In this document: positions 30,298-41,680 of the stretch, piece after piece
How positions within the stretch are numbered: position 1 is the stretch's first letter
How the letters are laid out: every line of letters starts with the position of its first letter
Assembly: GCF_017348835.2 (NCBI RefSeq)
Contig: NZ_CP071375.1
DNA from: Escherichia coli
GTDB taxonomy: Bacteria > Pseudomonadota > Gammaproteobacteria > Enterobacterales > Enterobacteriaceae
Length of the DNA stretch: 64,000 nt
Reading direction: 5' to 3' (one strand)
The notes under the pieces: model-generated
What the model was told of the DNA's origin: nothing
Seen by the model: only the letters and a program-made list of their open reading frames with translations
Databases searched by the model: none
Made by a program: the position numbers and the translations under genes

Positions 30298-30630
30298 TTA
30301 CATATCTTTCTTAATTTTGTCCCATTCGCCTTTAACTTTATCTTTAAAGTTGGCTTGTTTATCCTGAGTACAAGCCTGAACGATAGCTGGGGTTACGGTT
30401 GCAATACCCTGAACATCTAAAACCGCATCTTCTGGTTTATCTTTGTTGTTCAGCGCTTCAGCAAAACCAACTGCAGTTGGCTGGAAGGATTCGTCCACAG
30501 CCAGGAAATCTTCACAGGTCCAGGAGTTGACCGGTTTTTTGTTATCAGCTGCTTTTTGCGCATCCGCTGCATTGCTCACAACTGGCAGAAGAAGCAGACC
30601 ACCAAGAATAACGCCTAATACTTTTTTCAT
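30298..30630 (-). CDS. hdeA: periplasmic acid-stress chaperone HdeA
   Basis: 110-aa ORF MKKVLGVILGGLLLLPVVSNA... Confidence 0.95.
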   Translation of the reverse strand: MKKVLGVILGGLLLLPVVSNAADAQKAADNKKPVNSWTCEDFLAVDESFQPTAVGFAEALNNKDKPEDAVLDVQGIATVTPAIVQACTQDKQANFKDKVKGEWDKIKKDM

Positions 30631-30788
30631 CGTAATATCCTCAACTATAAAGTGAAAGAGCCGTCACGAATCAATTTCGACACTGAGGTTATAACCTGGT
30701 TTTCTGTATATGTCATGTTGATGGAAAATATCAAAATCAGATATTTTTATTTCAATACAATGAGTTACAGATGCATCAGATACTGCAA

Positions 30789-30807
30789 TTAGGAAATTTT
30801 TATTAAA
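30789..30807. promoter_or_regulatory. gad-box-like sequence in the hdeA/hdeD divergent promoter region
   Basis: ttaggaaatttttattaaa resembles the GadE-binding consensus TTAGGATTTTGTTATTTAAA. Confidence 0.3.
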
Positions 30808-30884
30808 TCGACTGCATTCTTAGACGCGTTTTTGGCATAGATTGATAGCAGGGGATTTTCTTCTTAATTTTATAGGGTGGTTCT

Positions 30885-31457
30885 ATGTTATATATAGATA
30901 AGGCAACAATTTTGAAGTTTGATCTGGAGATGCTGAAAAAGCATCGCAGAGCAATCCAGTTTATTGCCGTGCTGCTGTTTATCGTCGGGTTGCTGTGTAT
31001 CAGTTTCCCGTTCGTCTCTGGCGATATTTTAAGCACAGTAGTGGGTGCATTATTAATCTGCTCGGGTATTGCGCTTATTGTCGGGTTATTCAGCAACCGC
31101 AGTCATAATTTCTGGCCGGTATTATCTGGTTTCCTCGTCGCAGTCGCCTATTTATTGATCGGCTATTTCTTCATCCGCGCACCGGAGCTGGGCATTTTTG
31201 CCATTGCGGCATTTATTGCCGGTTTGTTCTGTGTTGCAGGGGTTATTCGCCTGATGAGTTGGTATCGTCAGCGTTCAATGAAAGGCAGCTGGCTACAGCT
31301 CGTTATTGGTGTGCTGGATATCGTCATTGCCTGGATATTCCTTGGTGCAACGCCGATGGTATCTGTAACGCTGGTTTCCACACTGGTGGGAATTGAACTG
31401 ATATTTAGCGCCGCCAGCCTGTTCAGCTTCGCCAGTTTGTTCGTTAAGCAGCAATAA
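30885..31457 (+). CDS. hdeD: acid-resistance membrane protein HdeD
   Basis: 190-aa membrane ORF. Confidence 0.9.
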   Translation: MLYIDKATILKFDLEMLKKHRRAIQFIAVLLFIVGLLCISFPFVSGDILSTVVGALLICSGIALIVGLFSNRSHNFWPVLSGFLVAVAYLLIGYFFIRAPELGIFAIAAFIAGLFCVAGVIRLMSWYRQRSMKGSWLQLVIGVLDIVIAWIFLGATPMVSVTLVSTLVGIELIFSAASLFSFASLFVKQQ

Positions 31458-32255
31458 TTATCCCGGTTGTCACCCGGATCATAGTCACTTGATGTGACTA
31501 TGATCCGATTAATACTCTCTCCGCTACGCAGTGTTGTAGATCAATTGCGCACTATCATTGAAATAATTACCTGCTAGTGATTATTTCAACCTACTGAATT
31601 TCATCTAATTTTTTTCACTCCATGGCAAATTAGCCATTTCAAACATTATCATGGCTGATATTTTCCGTAGTCAGGTTTAATGTTTTAAAAGTGCTGTGGG
31701 AAAGTGAACAAAGAGTTCCGTAAGCGTTGATGCTATGGGCGGTTAAATAAGTAATCCGGGTTCATTTTTTTGCAACTGGCGTTGATTACATTGCATAAAT
31801 ATCCGTGTCTCCAGACGCTATATAAAAACCTGAAGACATGAATGCGTTATTTACTCAGGTAATTTCAATGCGTTAAAAGAAAGCTGGCAATCCAATTGCC
31901 AGCTTAAGTCGAAACAAGGAGACTCGATATTTAAATCGGATTACATTTTAACTTTAGTAATATTCTTCAGAGATCACAAACTGGTTATTGATAACTTATT
32001 CTTGGGCAGTAATCCGCAAACGTTAACTTTTTGTTTACTATTTACAATCTGATAACAACCAGGAATATTACTTAGGATCAATATATGGAGTGCGTGATGG
32101 ATAAATCTGAAGTATTGATTAGTGTTAATAGACGTATTAGTTCACGAAGGGCAAAGTTCTTATAGGCGTTTACTATATTGAACAACGATTCGGACAAGGA
32201 TGTAAATAATGAAAAGGATGACATGTTCGAAACGATAACGGCTAAGGAGCAAGTT
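31458..32255 (+). promoter_or_regulatory. long AT-rich gadE upstream regulatory region
   Basis: About 800 bp without a convincing ORF ahead of gadE; consistent with the known multi-promoter gadE control region. Confidence 0.5.
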
Positions 32256-32783
32256 ATGATTTTTCTCATGACGAAAGATTCTTTTCTTTTACAGGGCTTT
32301 TGGCAGTTGAAAGATAATCACGAAATGATAAAAATCAATTCCCTGTCAGAGATCAAAAAAGTAGGCAATAAACCCTTCAAGGTTATCATTGATACCTATC
32401 ACAATCATATCCTTGATGAAGAAGCGATTAAATTTCTGGAGAAATTAGATGCCGAGAGAATTATTGTTTTGGCACCTTATCACATCAGTAAACTAAAAGC
32501 TAAAGCGCCTATTTATTTTGTTAGCCGCAAAGAAAGTATCAAAAATCTTCTTGAGATTACTTATGGTAAACACTTGCCCCATAAGAATTCACAATTATGT
32601 TTTTCACATAATCAGTTCAAAATTATGCAACTGATTCTGAAAAATAAAAATGAAAGCAATATCACGTCGACGCTCAATATTTCGCAACAAACATTAAAGA
32701 TTCAGAAATTCAACATTATGTACAAGCTGAAACTAAGACGTATGAGCGACATCGTCACCCTGGGTATCACATCTTATTTTTAG
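32256..32783 (+). CDS. gadE: acid-resistance transcriptional activator GadE (LuxR family)
   Basis: Trimmed to ATG at 32256 with aaggag RBS (MIFLMTKDSFLLQGFWQLKDNHEM...), 175 aa. Confidence 0.9.
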   Translation: MIFLMTKDSFLLQGFWQLKDNHEMIKINSLSEIKKVGNKPFKVIIDTYHNHILDEEAIKFLEKLDAERIIVLAPYHISKLKAKAPIYFVSRKESIKNLLEITYGKHLPHKNSQLCFSHNQFKIMQLILKNKNESNITSTLNISQQTLKIQKFNIMYKLKLRRMSDIVTLGITSYF

Positions 32784-33121
32784 TCAGGACATAAGCAACT
32801 GAAATTGATGGCTGGCATGACGAGGGATGCAGATGCTGATTTCATTACCCCCGGTGATTACTAAAGGAGAGGCTAAAACGACTTTATTCCCCTGGTATGT
32901 GTATCCACCAGTAGAACCCTTCGTTGCCCGAATGCTGGCAGGAACTGTTGGCAGAACGGCAACATTTTTTTTGTCGTTGACCTCACCATGTCGATCACTA
33001 TGCCTGTATCCCACCTTACTGGCTGACAACCCCACTATGCCGCTGGTCTGTAAATCCCTCATATCTCTCCTCGCGCGCAATTTAAAGAACCGTTATTTCT
33101 CAAGAATTTTCAGGGACTAAA

Positions 33122-34279
33122 ATGAACAGAAGAAGAAAGCTGTTAATACCGTTGTTATTCTGCGGCGCGATGCTCACCGCCTGCGATGACAAATCGGCGG
33201 AAAACGCCGCCGCCATGACGCCTGAGGTCGGTGTCGTCACACTCTCCCCTGGCTCGGTCAATGTGTTGAGCGAATTGCCCGGTAGAACCGTTCCTTATGA
33301 AGTTGCCGAGATACGTCCCCAGGTGGGCGGTATTATCATTAAACGCAACTTTATCGAAGGCGATAAAGTGAACCAGGGCGATTCGCTGTATCAGATTGAT
33401 CCTGCACCTTTACAGGCCGAGCTAAACTCCGCCAAAGGCTCGCTGGCGAAAGCACTCTCTACCGCCAGCAATGCCCGCATCACCTTTAACCGCCAGGCAT
33501 CGTTGCTGAAGACCAACTACGTTAGCCGTCAGGATTACGACACCGCGCGCACCCAGTTGAATGAAGCAGAAGCCAATGTCACCGTCGCCAAAGCGGCTGT
33601 TGAACAGGCGACGATCAATCTGCAATACGCGAATGTCACCTCGCCGATTACGGGCGTCAGCGGGAAATCGTCGGTGACCGTCGGCGCACTCGTTACCGCT
33701 AATCAGGCAGATTCGCTGGTTACCATACAACGTCTGGACCCGATTTATGTCGATCTCACGCAGTCGGTGCAAGATTTCTTACGCATGAAAGAAGAGGTCG
33801 CCAGTGGGCAAATCAAACAGGTTCAGGGCAGTACGCCAGTACAGCTCAATCTGGAAAATGGTAAACGTTACAGCCAGACCGGCACGCTGAAATTCTCCGA
33901 CCCGACGGTTGATGAAACCACGGGCTCCGTGACGTTACGGGCGATTTTCCCCAACCCAAATGGTGACTTGCTGCCTGGCATGTATGTCACGGCATTAGTG
34001 GATGAAGGTAGCCGCCAGAATGTATTACTGGTGCCGCAGGAAGGCGTCACCCACAACGCCCAGGGTAAAGCAACGGCGCTCATTCTGGATAAAGACGATG
34101 TCGTGCAGCTACGCGAAATTGAAGCCAGCAAAGCCATCGGCGACCAGTGGGTCGTCACCTCTGGCTTGCAGGCTGGCGATCGGGTGATCGTTTCCGGTTT
34201 GCAACGCATTCGTCCGGGTATCAAAGCACTAGCAATTTCCTCCAGCCAGGAAAACGCCAGCACCGAATCGAAACAATAA
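33122..34279 (+). CDS. mdtE: RND efflux membrane-fusion protein MdtE
   Basis: 385-aa lipoprotein (LTAC lipobox); precedes the RND pump gene. Confidence 0.9.
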   Translation: MNRRRKLLIPLLFCGAMLTACDDKSAENAAAMTPEVGVVTLSPGSVNVLSELPGRTVPYEVAEIRPQVGGIIIKRNFIEGDKVNQGDSLYQIDPAPLQAELNSAKGSLAKALSTASNARITFNRQASLLKTNYVSRQDYDTARTQLNEAEANVTVAKAAVEQATINLQYANVTSPITGVSGKSSVTVGALVTANQADSLVTIQRLDPIYVDLTQSVQDFLRMKEEVASGQIKQVQGSTPVQLNLENGKRYSQTGTLKFSDPTVDETTGSVTLRAIFPNPNGDLLPGMYVTALVDEGSRQNVLLVPQEGVTHNAQGKATALILDKDDVVQLREIEASKAIGDQWVVTSGLQAGDRVIVSGLQRIRPGIKALAISSSQENASTESKQ

Positions 34280-34303
34280 CGTTGCAGGCTTAAGGGGACT
34301 TTC

Positions 34304-37300
34304 ATGGCTAACTATTTTATTGATCGCCCGGTTTTTGCCTGGGTACTTGCCATTATTATGATGCTTGCAGGTGGTCTGGCGATCATGAACTTACCGGTTG
34401 CGCAGTATCCGCAGATTGCGCCACCGACCATTACCGTCAGCGCTACCTATCCGGGTGCCGATGCGCAAACGGTAGAAGACTCGGTCACTCAGGTGATTGA
34501 GCAAAATATGAATGGGCTTGATGGCCTGATGTACATGTCTTCAACCAGTGATGCGGCGGGTAATGCCTCTATCACTCTGACCTTCGAGACTGGGACATCT
34601 CCTGATATCGCACAGGTTCAGGTGCAAAATAAACTGCAACTCGCTATGCCTTCATTACCTGAAGCAGTGCAGCAGCAGGGGATTAGCGTCGATAAATCGA
34701 GCAGTAATATCCTGATGGTAGCGGCGTTTATTTCTGATAACGGCAGCCTAAACCAGTACGATATCGCGGACTATGTAGCGTCTAATATCAAAGACCCGCT
34801 AAGCCGTACCGCGGGCGTTGGTAGCGTACAGCTCTTTGGTTCCGAGTACGCCATGCGTATCTGGCTGGACCCGCAAAAACTCAATAAATATAACCTTGTA
34901 CCTTCCGATGTTATTTCCCAGATTAAGGTGCAAAACAACCAGATTTCCGGTGGTCAACTGGGTGGCATGCCACAGGCGGCAGACCAGCAGCTAAACGCCT
35001 CGATCATTGTGCAGACGCGTCTGCAAACGCCGGAAGAATTTGGCAAAATCCTGTTGAAAGTTCAGCAAGATGGTTCGCAAGTGCTGCTGCGTGATGTCGC
35101 CCGCGTCGAACTTGGGGCGGAAGATTATTCCACCGTGGCGCGCTATAACGGCAAACCTGCTGCCGGGATCGCCATCAAACTGGCTGCCGGAGCAAACGCC
35201 CTGGATACCTCGCGGGCAGTCAAAGAGGAACTGAACCGCTTATCAGCCTATTTCCCGGCAAGTCTGAAGACGGTTTATCCTTACGACACCACGCCGTTTA
35301 TCGAAATTTCTATTCAGGAAGTTTTCAAAACACTGGTTGAGGCTATCATCCTCGTCTTCCTGGTCATGTATCTGTTTTTGCAGAATTTCCGTGCCACAAT
35401 CATCCCGACGATTGCCGTACCGGTGGTTATTCTCGGGACGTTTGCGATCTTGTCGGCGGTCGGTTTCACCATCAACACGTTAACTATGTTCGGGATGGTG
35501 CTGGCGATAGGGTTACTGGTGGATGACGCCATCGTAGTGGTGGAGAACGTCGAGCGTGTCATTGCGGAAGATAAGCTACCGCCGAAGGAAGCGACGCATA
35601 AATCGATGGGGCAGATCCAACGTGCGCTGGTCGGTATTGCCGTTGTTCTTTCCGCAGTGTTTATGCCGATGGCCTTTATGAGCGGTGCAACCGGGGAGAT
35701 CTACCGCCAGTTCTCCATCACGCTGATCTCCTCCATGCTGCTTTCAGTATTTGTGGCAATGAGCCTGACCCCTGCCCTGTGCGCCACCATTCTGAAAGCC
35801 GCGCCGGAAGGCGGTCACAAACCTAACGCCCTGTTCGCACGCTTCAACACGCTGTTTGAAAAATCAACTCAGCACTATACCGATAGCACCCGCTCGCTGT
35901 TGCGTTGTACCGGTCGCTACATGGTGGTCTACCTGCTGATTTGCGCCGGGATGGCGGTGCTGTTCCTGCGCACGCCGACCTCTTTCTTACCAGAAGAGGA
36001 TCAGGGGGTATTTATGACCACCGCGCAGTTACCTTCCGGTGCCACCATGGTTAACACCACGAAAGTGCTGCAACAGGTGACGGATTATTATCTTACAAAA
36101 GAGAAAGATAATGTTCAGTCGGTGTTTACCGTTGGCGGCTTTGGCTTCAGCGGCCAGGGGCAAAACAACGGTCTGGCGTTTATCAGTCTCAAGCCGTGGT
36201 CTGAACGTGTCGGTGAGGAAAACTCGGTTACCGCGATCATTCAGCGGGCAATGATTGCGCTAAGCAGTATCAATAAAGCCGTCGTCTTCCCGTTCAACTT
36301 ACCCGCGGTGGCTGAACTGGGTACCGCGTCAGGTTTTGATATGGAACTGCTGGACAACGGTAACCTGGGGCACGAAAAACTAACCCAGGCACGAAACGAG
36401 CTGTTATCACTAGCAGCGCAATCACCGAATCAGGTCACCGGGGTACGCCCGAACGGCCTGGAAGATACGCCGATGTTCAAAGTGAACGTCAACGCCGCGA
36501 AAGCTGAGGCAATGGGTGTGGCGCTGTCTGATATCAACCAGACAATTTCCACCGCCTTCGGCAGCAGCTACGTGAACGACTTCCTCAACCAGGGGCGGGT
36601 GAAAAAAGTGTATGTCCAGGCAGGCACGCCGTTCCGTATGTTGCCGGATAACATCAATCAATGGTATGTACGCAACGCCTCTGGCACGATGGCACCGCTT
36701 TCTGCCTACTCGTCTACCGAATGGACCTATGGTTCACCGCGACTGGAACGCTACAACGGCATCCCGTCAATGGAGATTTTAGGTGAAGCGGCGGCCGGGA
36801 AAAGTACCGGTGACGCAATGAAATTTATGGCAGACCTGGTCGCTAAACTTCCGGCAGGCGTCGGCTACTCATGGACCGGACTGTCGTATCAGGAAGCGTT
36901 ATCCTCAAATCAGGCTCCTGCGCTGTATGCGATTTCACTGGTCGTGGTGTTCCTCGCCCTCGCCGCACTTTATGAGAGCTGGTCAATTCCATTCTCGGTG
37001 ATGTTGGTTGTTCCGTTAGGCGTCGTTGGCGCATTACTGGCCACCGATCTGCGCGGCTTAAGTAATGACGTCTACTTCCAGGTTGGTTTGCTGACCACCA
37101 TCGGGCTTTCCGCCAAAAACGCCATCCTGATTGTCGAATTTGCCGTTGAGATGATGCAGAAAGAAGGGAAAACGCCGATAGAGGCAATCATCGAAGCGGC
37201 GCGGATGCGTTTACGCCCAATCCTGATGACCTCTCTGGCCTTTATTCTCGGCGTGCTGCCGCTGGTTATCAGTCATGGTGCCGGTTCTGGCGCGCAAAAC

Positions 37301-37417
37301 GCGGTAGGTACCGGCGTGATGGGCGGGATGTTTGCCGCAACAGTGCTGGCAATTTACTTTGTTCCGGTCTTTTTCGTTGTAGTGGAACATCTCTTTACCC
37401 GCTTTAAAAAAGCGTAA
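34304..37417 (+). CDS. mdtF: RND multidrug efflux transporter MdtF
   Basis: 1037-aa 12-TM RND ORF ([21 protein letters not shown]...). Confidence 0.95.
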   Translation: MANYFIDRPVFAWVLAIIMMLAGGLAIMNLPVAQYPQIAPPTITVSATYPGADAQTVEDSVTQVIEQNMNGLDGLMYMSSTSDAAGNASITLTFETGTSPDIAQVQVQNKLQLAMPSLPEAVQQQGISVDKSSSNILMVAAFISDNGSLNQYDIADYVASNIKDPLSRTAGVGSVQLFGSEYAMRIWLDPQKLNKYNLVPSDVISQIKVQNNQISGGQLGGMPQAADQQLNASIIVQTRLQTPEEFGKILLKVQQDGSQVLLRDVARVELGAEDYSTVARYNGKPAAGIAIKLAAGANALDTSRAVKEELNRLSAYFPASLKTVYPYDTTPFIEISIQEVFKTLVEAIILVFLVMYLFLQNFRATIIPTIAVPVVILGTFAILSAVGFTINTLTMFGMVLAIGLLVDDAIVVVENVERVIAEDKLPPKEATHKSMGQIQRALVGIAVVLSAVFMPMAFMSGATGEIYRQFSITLISSMLLSVFVAMSLTPALCATILKAAPEGGHKPNALFARFNTLFEKSTQHYTDSTRSLLRCTGRYMVVYLLICAGMAVLFLRTPTSFLPEEDQGVFMTTAQLPSGATMVNTTKVLQQVTDYYLTKEKDNVQSVFTVGGFGFSGQGQNNGLAFISLKPWSERVGEENSVTAIIQRAMIALSSINKAVVFPFNLPAVAELGTASGFDMELLDNGNLGHEKLTQARNELLSLAAQSPNQVTGVRPNGLEDTPMFKVNVNAAKAEAMGVALSDINQTISTAFGSSYVNDFLNQGRVKKVYVQAGTPFRMLPDNINQWYVRNASGTMAPLSAYSSTEWTYGSPRLERYNGIPSMEILGEAAAGKSTGDAMKFMADLVAKLPAGVGYSWTGLSYQEALSSNQAPALYAISLVVVFLALAALYESWSIPFSVMLVVPLGVVGALLATDLRGLSNDVYFQVGLLTTIGLSAKNAILIVEFAVEMMQKEGKTPIEAIIEAARMRLRPILMTSLAFILGVLPLVISHGAGSGAQNAVGTGVMGGMFAATVLAIYFVPVFFVVVEHLFTRFKKA

Positions 37418-37779
37418 CGTGTAAATGAGAGTAAGGTTGAACGTGAAGGTTCAGCCTTACTCTTTCCTGCTAACCATTCACCACTCAACAACCAGCTAAC
37501 CGTCAGGAATACCAGGCTTAGTACACAGCACTGAAAGTAGAAACCACTCCAGCCATTCGTCATCAATTTGAACAACACAATACTGACCCACATTCCCGTA
37601 ATCGTATGAATTGTCAGCTTAATAATCCCAAACATGCCGAGTCTTTTCCTCCTGAAAATACCTATACCGCCTGGCAAACTGCGAAAGAGAACTAGCCGGT
37701 AGCCCGGCAGAAATCATCAGGGAAGAGTTTCACATGAAGCAGGTGTGAGATCCTGACCAATATTCAAATGCAAAATATG

Positions 37780-38508
37780 TCAGGAAAAGGTACCTGGCGA
37801 ATGTTGCGCAAACTGATGTGGCGTTACACCATAATATTGTCGAAATGTGTTTATAAAGTACGACGTACTGCTATAGCCACATTTTTCTGCAATAGTATGC
37901 AGAGGAATTTGACGTAACTCGAGTAATCGTCTGGCCATCGACATCCTGGAAGCGAGTAATATTTTACTGAAACAGGTATTTTCATCCTGCAACTTTTTTT
38001 TGATTAGACTCTCGCTGGTATACATTCTTTCCGCAATATCGCGCAGATACCAACGTTTGGCGATATCAAAGCTAATAAGGCGTTCAACTTTTCCTGAAAC
38101 AGTACTGATACTATTGAAAAGTAAGGGGATCAGTTCTTTCTTATGAGAAAACATCGATAAACAGGAAAGATAGAGCATTTTGCTCAGTATCGGCGAATTT
38201 ACCCCGGAGTCATTGAAACTATCAAAAATCGCCGTCACCAGCGGCATGGGGGGTGACTGGTTAATTAACAGACGGTCTTTGCTATGTAACCCTAAATTGC
38301 GTGGTAGCTGACGAATATTTTGTAAGTAATGGCAAACTGTCAGCTCATCGATATCCAGCCGTCGCGTATCCGGTGAACAAAACGCAAAATCGTCTGCCAA
38401 ATTTTTATCCAGCAGCAGGATACTCTCGTTATGCAGCGATATTTTTTGCTGTTCATGATAAATATCGAATGAACGACGAATGAGGATCACCGAGCAGACA
38501 TGAGTCAT
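37780..38508 (-). CDS. gadW: AraC-family regulator GadW
   Basis: 242-aa ORF with C-terminal AraC HTH. Confidence 0.9.
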   Translation of the reverse strand: MTHVCSVILIRRSFDIYHEQQKISLHNESILLLDKNLADDFAFCSPDTRRLDIDELTVCHYLQNIRQLPRNLGLHSKDRLLINQSPPMPLVTAIFDSFNDSGVNSPILSKMLYLSCLSMFSHKKELIPLLFNSISTVSGKVERLISFDIAKRWYLRDIAERMYTSESLIKKKLQDENTCFSKILLASRMSMARRLLELRQIPLHTIAEKCGYSSTSYFINTFRQYYGVTPHQFAQHSPGTFS

Positions 38509-38753
38509 GATTATCCCTTATATTTCATACTGCGATTATTTCAATTTCAGTATACTAATGAAATGATGCCAGACTGTTTCTTAGCGCAAAAACTGCCAGA
38601 TTTGGTAGGACCAAAATTTATCCACAAAGTAGTTTTGCATAACAGTTAATTGATAATAAGTAAATGCAACACGAATATATTTTCGCACAGCGTATAGCTT
38701 ATGTTTATAAAAAAATGGCTGATCTTATTTCCAGTAAAAGTTATATTTAACTT

Positions 38754-38859
38754 ACTGAGAGCACAAAGTTTCCCGTGCCAACAGGGAGTGTTATAACGGT
38801 TTATTAGTCTGGAGACGGCAGACTATCCTCTTCCCGGTCCCCTATGCCGGGTTTTTTTT
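38754..38859 (+). ncRNA. gadY: GadY small RNA (overlaps gadX 3' UTR, opposite strand)
   Basis: actgagagcacaaagtttcccgtgccaacagggagtg... ending in cccggtcccctatgccggg + T8 matches recalled gadY; 5' end approximate. Confidence 0.6.
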
Positions 38860-38875
38860 ATGTCTGAGTAAAATT

Positions 38876-39700
38876 CTATAATCTTATTCCTTCCGCAGAA
38901 CAGTCAGTGCCGTAAAAATTCCCTTGCGCAACAATACTTGCCGCCGAGTCACGGTTCGACAATCTCTGCGCCGATCGCTCCTGATACTCTGTGGGCGTCA
39001 TCCCATAATAATTTCGAAAGACGTAAATGAAATACGACACGCTGTGATATCCACAGGATACTGCAACTCGCTTAATTGAAAAACCATGTATAACAATAAG
39101 TTGCAAAGCACGTTGCATTCTACACTCAGTAAGCAACTGTGAATATGATGTCTCTTCTTCGCGCAATTTTTTCTTTAACAGACTTGGACTCATCAACAGC
39201 TCGCTGGCGATTCGGGCTAGTGTCCACTCATGGGCGATATTATTATTGATAACCGTACAAACTCGTGTTCGCATGTTCGGTTGTAAAACGTTCAGAAGCA
39301 GCGGTATAAAGTGCTCATCCTCAAGAAAAACAGATAACAACGCAAAGATTAATGCTCTTTTACGTAGCATTTCTGCATAGCGAAGATTCTTATTCTGCGA
39401 TAGTTGCGCAACTTCCTGAAAAACAGGAATATCTCTGCTACAGTGATGAACGAGTAATGAAGAAACTTTTTTATGTGCATGAAGATTTAATGCCTCCTCC
39501 TTGAGCATCGGGAGAAATAATGAAAGTGTGTCCCTTGACACAAATACAAAATTTTCAACACACTTATCTACTCGAATTTGGCTTGCATCCGCAAAAACCA
39601 AGTCACCGCCATTAAAATAGCGATATTCACCATTAACCATGGTGAGAATATATTTATGTCTTGCGTACGCAATTAGACAATTCCCATGTAGTGATTGCAT
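38876..39700 (-). CDS. gadX: AraC-family regulator GadX
   Basis: 274-aa ORF downstream of gadA on the same strand. Confidence 0.9.
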   Translation of the reverse strand: MQSLHGNCLIAYARHKYILTMVNGEYRYFNGGDLVFADASQIRVDKCVENFVFVSRDTLSLFLPMLKEEALNLHAHKKVSSLLVHHCSRDIPVFQEVAQLSQNKNLRYAEMLRKRALIFALLSVFLEDEHFIPLLLNVLQPNMRTRVCTVINNNIAHEWTLARIASELLMSPSLLKKKLREEETSYSQLLTECRMQRALQLIVIHGFSIKRVAVSCGYHSVSYFIYVFRNYYGMTPTEYQERSAQRLSNRDSAASIVAQGNFYGTDCSAEGIRL

Positions 39701-40069
39701 AGTTGGCTTAATATTACATAAACATATTACTGTTTATTAATGTAGCACGCCGCCCTCTTAAGTCAAATTGATTGATAAATAAATTTAAACGAAGCGGGAG
39801 AACAGGATGATAATGTGTGATGTTCTACGGGCAGGATGACTGGATTTATAATACAAATACGTGTTTAAGAACGCAGGGAAATTAATAGTAAGCAAATAAT
39901 CCCTTTTCGTGACATTAAAGGCAATCGCTACATTTAATAAACATTCATATAACATATATCTTATCAACACGATGAATAGACAGCCAATATATTATTGCGA
40001 TTAATAAGCAACCGAATGCCCAGCTGTTTTTTTAAAGGCTGGGCATTCGGTTTTTACAACGTTATGTTA

Positions 40070-41470
40070 TCAGGTGTGTTTAAAGCTGTTCTGCTGGGCA
40101 ATACCCTGCAGTTTCGGGTGATCGCTGAGATATTTCAGGGAGGCTTTGTAGTCTTCCAGCAACAGTTCAGCAAAGTCCATTTCGAAGCCGCGACGACACA
40201 TAATGCGCATCACCACGATGTCGGTGGCTTCACCGCCGAGAGTGAAGGCCGGAACCTGCCAGCCGCGCAGACGCAGACGTTCAGAGAGGTCGTACAGGGT
40301 GTATCCCGGATCTTCACCATCTTTCAGTTTGAAGCAAACCGCCGGGATGCCTTCGTCCGGGCGACCCGTACAGATGAACTCATACGGCCCCAGTTTGGCG
40401 ATTTCATCCGCCAGATAGGCAGCGACCTGGTAGGAAGCATTCTGTACTTTGGTATAGCCTTCACGACCAAGGCGCAGGAATTCATAGTACTGTGCAATCA
40501 CCTGACCTGCCGGGCGGGAGAAGTTGATGGCGAAAGTACCAATCTGACCCCCCAGGTAGTCAACGTTGAACACCAGTTCCTGCGGCAGCGCTTCTTCGTC
40601 ACGCCAGATAACCCAGCCGCAGCCCAGAGGAGCCAGACCGAATTTATGGCCTGAAGCACTGATCGATTTCACACGCGGCAGGCGGAAGTCCCAGACGATA
40701 TCCGGGGCGACGAACGGTGCCAGAAAGCCACCGCTGGCGGCGTCGATGTGCATGTCGATGTCGATACCGGTGTCGGCCTGGAATTTATCCAGCGCATCGT
40801 GCAGCGGTTGCGGGAACTCATAGTTACCGGTGTAGGTCACGCCGAAAGTCGGCACCACGCCGATGGTGTTTTCGTCGCAGGCTTCAATCATGCGTTTCGG
40901 GTCCATAAACAACTGACCGGGGCGCATAGGGATCTCACGCAGCTCCACATCCCAGTAGCGGGCGAATTTATGCCAGCAGATTTGTACCGGACCGCACACC
41001 AGGTTTGGTTTATCCGTTGGTTTGCCTGCAGCTTCCATACGCTTGCGCCAACGCCATTTCATCGCCATCCCGCCGAGCATACAGGCCTCGGAAGAACCAA
41101 TGGTGTTGGTGCCAACGGCCTGACCATTTTTCGGCGCAGGCGCATGCCACAGATCGGCAACCATGTTTACGCAACGCAGGTCGATGGCTGCGGATTGCGG
41201 ATATTCTTCTTTGTCGATCCAGTTTTTATTGATCGACAAATCCATCAATTTATGGACGTTTTCGTCGTCCCAGGTCTGGCAGAAAGTGGCCAGGTTCTGA
41301 CGAGCGTTGCCATCAAGATATAATTCATCATTGATAATCTGGAATGCGACATCATCGCGCATTTCGTGCAGCGGAAATCGTTTTGACTCCGCGATAGTAG
41401 AAATGGCCTTTGCGCCAAAACGTGAATCGAGTAGTTCTGAGCGGAAATCCGTTAACAGCTTCTGGTCCAT
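40070..41470 (-). CDS. gadA: glutamate decarboxylase alpha (PLP-dependent)
   Basis: Trimmed to ATG at 41470 ([23 protein letters not shown]...), 466 aa; adjacent to gadX, so gadA rather than gadB. Confidence 0.9.
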   Translation of the reverse strand: MDQKLLTDFRSELLDSRFGAKAISTIAESKRFPLHEMRDDVAFQIINDELYLDGNARQNLATFCQTWDDENVHKLMDLSINKNWIDKEEYPQSAAIDLRCVNMVADLWHAPAPKNGQAVGTNTIGSSEACMLGGMAMKWRWRKRMEAAGKPTDKPNLVCGPVQICWHKFARYWDVELREIPMRPGQLFMDPKRMIEACDENTIGVVPTFGVTYTGNYEFPQPLHDALDKFQADTGIDIDMHIDAASGGFLAPFVAPDIVWDFRLPRVKSISASGHKFGLAPLGCGWVIWRDEEALPQELVFNVDYLGGQIGTFAINFSRPAGQVIAQYYEFLRLGREGYTKVQNASYQVAAYLADEIAKLGPYEFICTGRPDEGIPAVCFKLKDGEDPGYTLYDLSERLRLRGWQVPAFTLGGEATDIVVMRIMCRRGFEMDFAELLLEDYKASLKYLSDHPKLQGIAQQNSFKHT

Positions 41471-41549
41471 TTCGAACTCCTTAAATTTATTTGAAGGCAA
41501 TAAAAAAGTAGGATTTATCCGCAATGGAAGCAAGGCATTACAGGCTTAA

Positions 41550-41569
41550 TTTAAATAACAAAATCCTAA
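41550..41569 (-). promoter_or_regulatory. gad box (GadE-binding site) upstream of gadA
   Basis: Minus-strand sequence TTAGGATTTTGTTATTTAAA is a perfect match to the recalled consensus, about 80 nt upstream of gadA. Confidence 0.7.
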
Positions 41570-41640
41570 GCAGAAAAACTACTTTTTATAATATAAACAT
41601 TTAACATGATAATATTAAAAACAGACTTTATTATCGTAAT

Positions 41641-41670
41641 AAAAATCGCCCAAACATTCCTGTTCGGGCG
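41641..41670 (-). terminator. rho-independent terminator after yhjA
   Basis: On the minus strand cgcccgaaca...tgtttgggcg followed by atttttatt. Confidence 0.55.
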
Positions 41671-41680
41671 ATCAAATTAA

